From positions 124,372,001-124,436,000 of the forward strand of contig OZ024740.1 in assembly GCA_964016885.1 (NCBI GenBank): a stretch of 64,000 bases of DNA. The letters run 5' to 3'. A program made the translations under genes and the position numbers. Source of the DNA: Eledone cirrhosa (lineage: Eukaryota). The notes under the pieces were generated by a model, which saw only the letters and a list, made by a program, of their open reading frames with translations, had not been told where the DNA came from and ran no database searches. Positions 63,961 to 64,000 of this stretch are shown piece after piece. Within the stretch, counting starts at the first letter, position 1. The number at the start of each line of letters is the position of its first letter.

Positions 63961-64000
63961 AACAAACAATACTGACTTAAGAGAAATATAAATAAATAAA

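Overview
This is AT-rich eukaryotic DNA. The SINE/LINE repertoire points to an octopod cephalopod (inference). No host protein-coding exon could be supported. The window is nested retroelements and microsatellites: about 16 segments of three RTE-clade LINE subfamilies (one near full length, one with a 655-aa intact RT ORF), two tRNA-derived SINE families, RLE-type LINE tails (R4/Dong-like, CRE-like), mariner and piggyBac-type DNA elements, and many Penelope-like (PLE) remnants. Four observations stand out. (1) A C4HC3 PHD finger sits between RT motifs 6 and 7 of the RTEs. (2) Fold-back elements are embedded in (TA)n, and several carry type-I hammerhead ribozyme motifs with palindromic stem III: one canonical and intact (47567-47622), one with a ~105-nt stem II present in both arms, and one with a variant core. 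(3) A complete tRNA-like cloverleaf sits on a 17-bp extension stem inside (TA)n (4490-4596). (4) A telomere-variant array is bracketed by inverted arms. All calls were made by eye, and element boundaries are approximate (about +/-10-20 bp).
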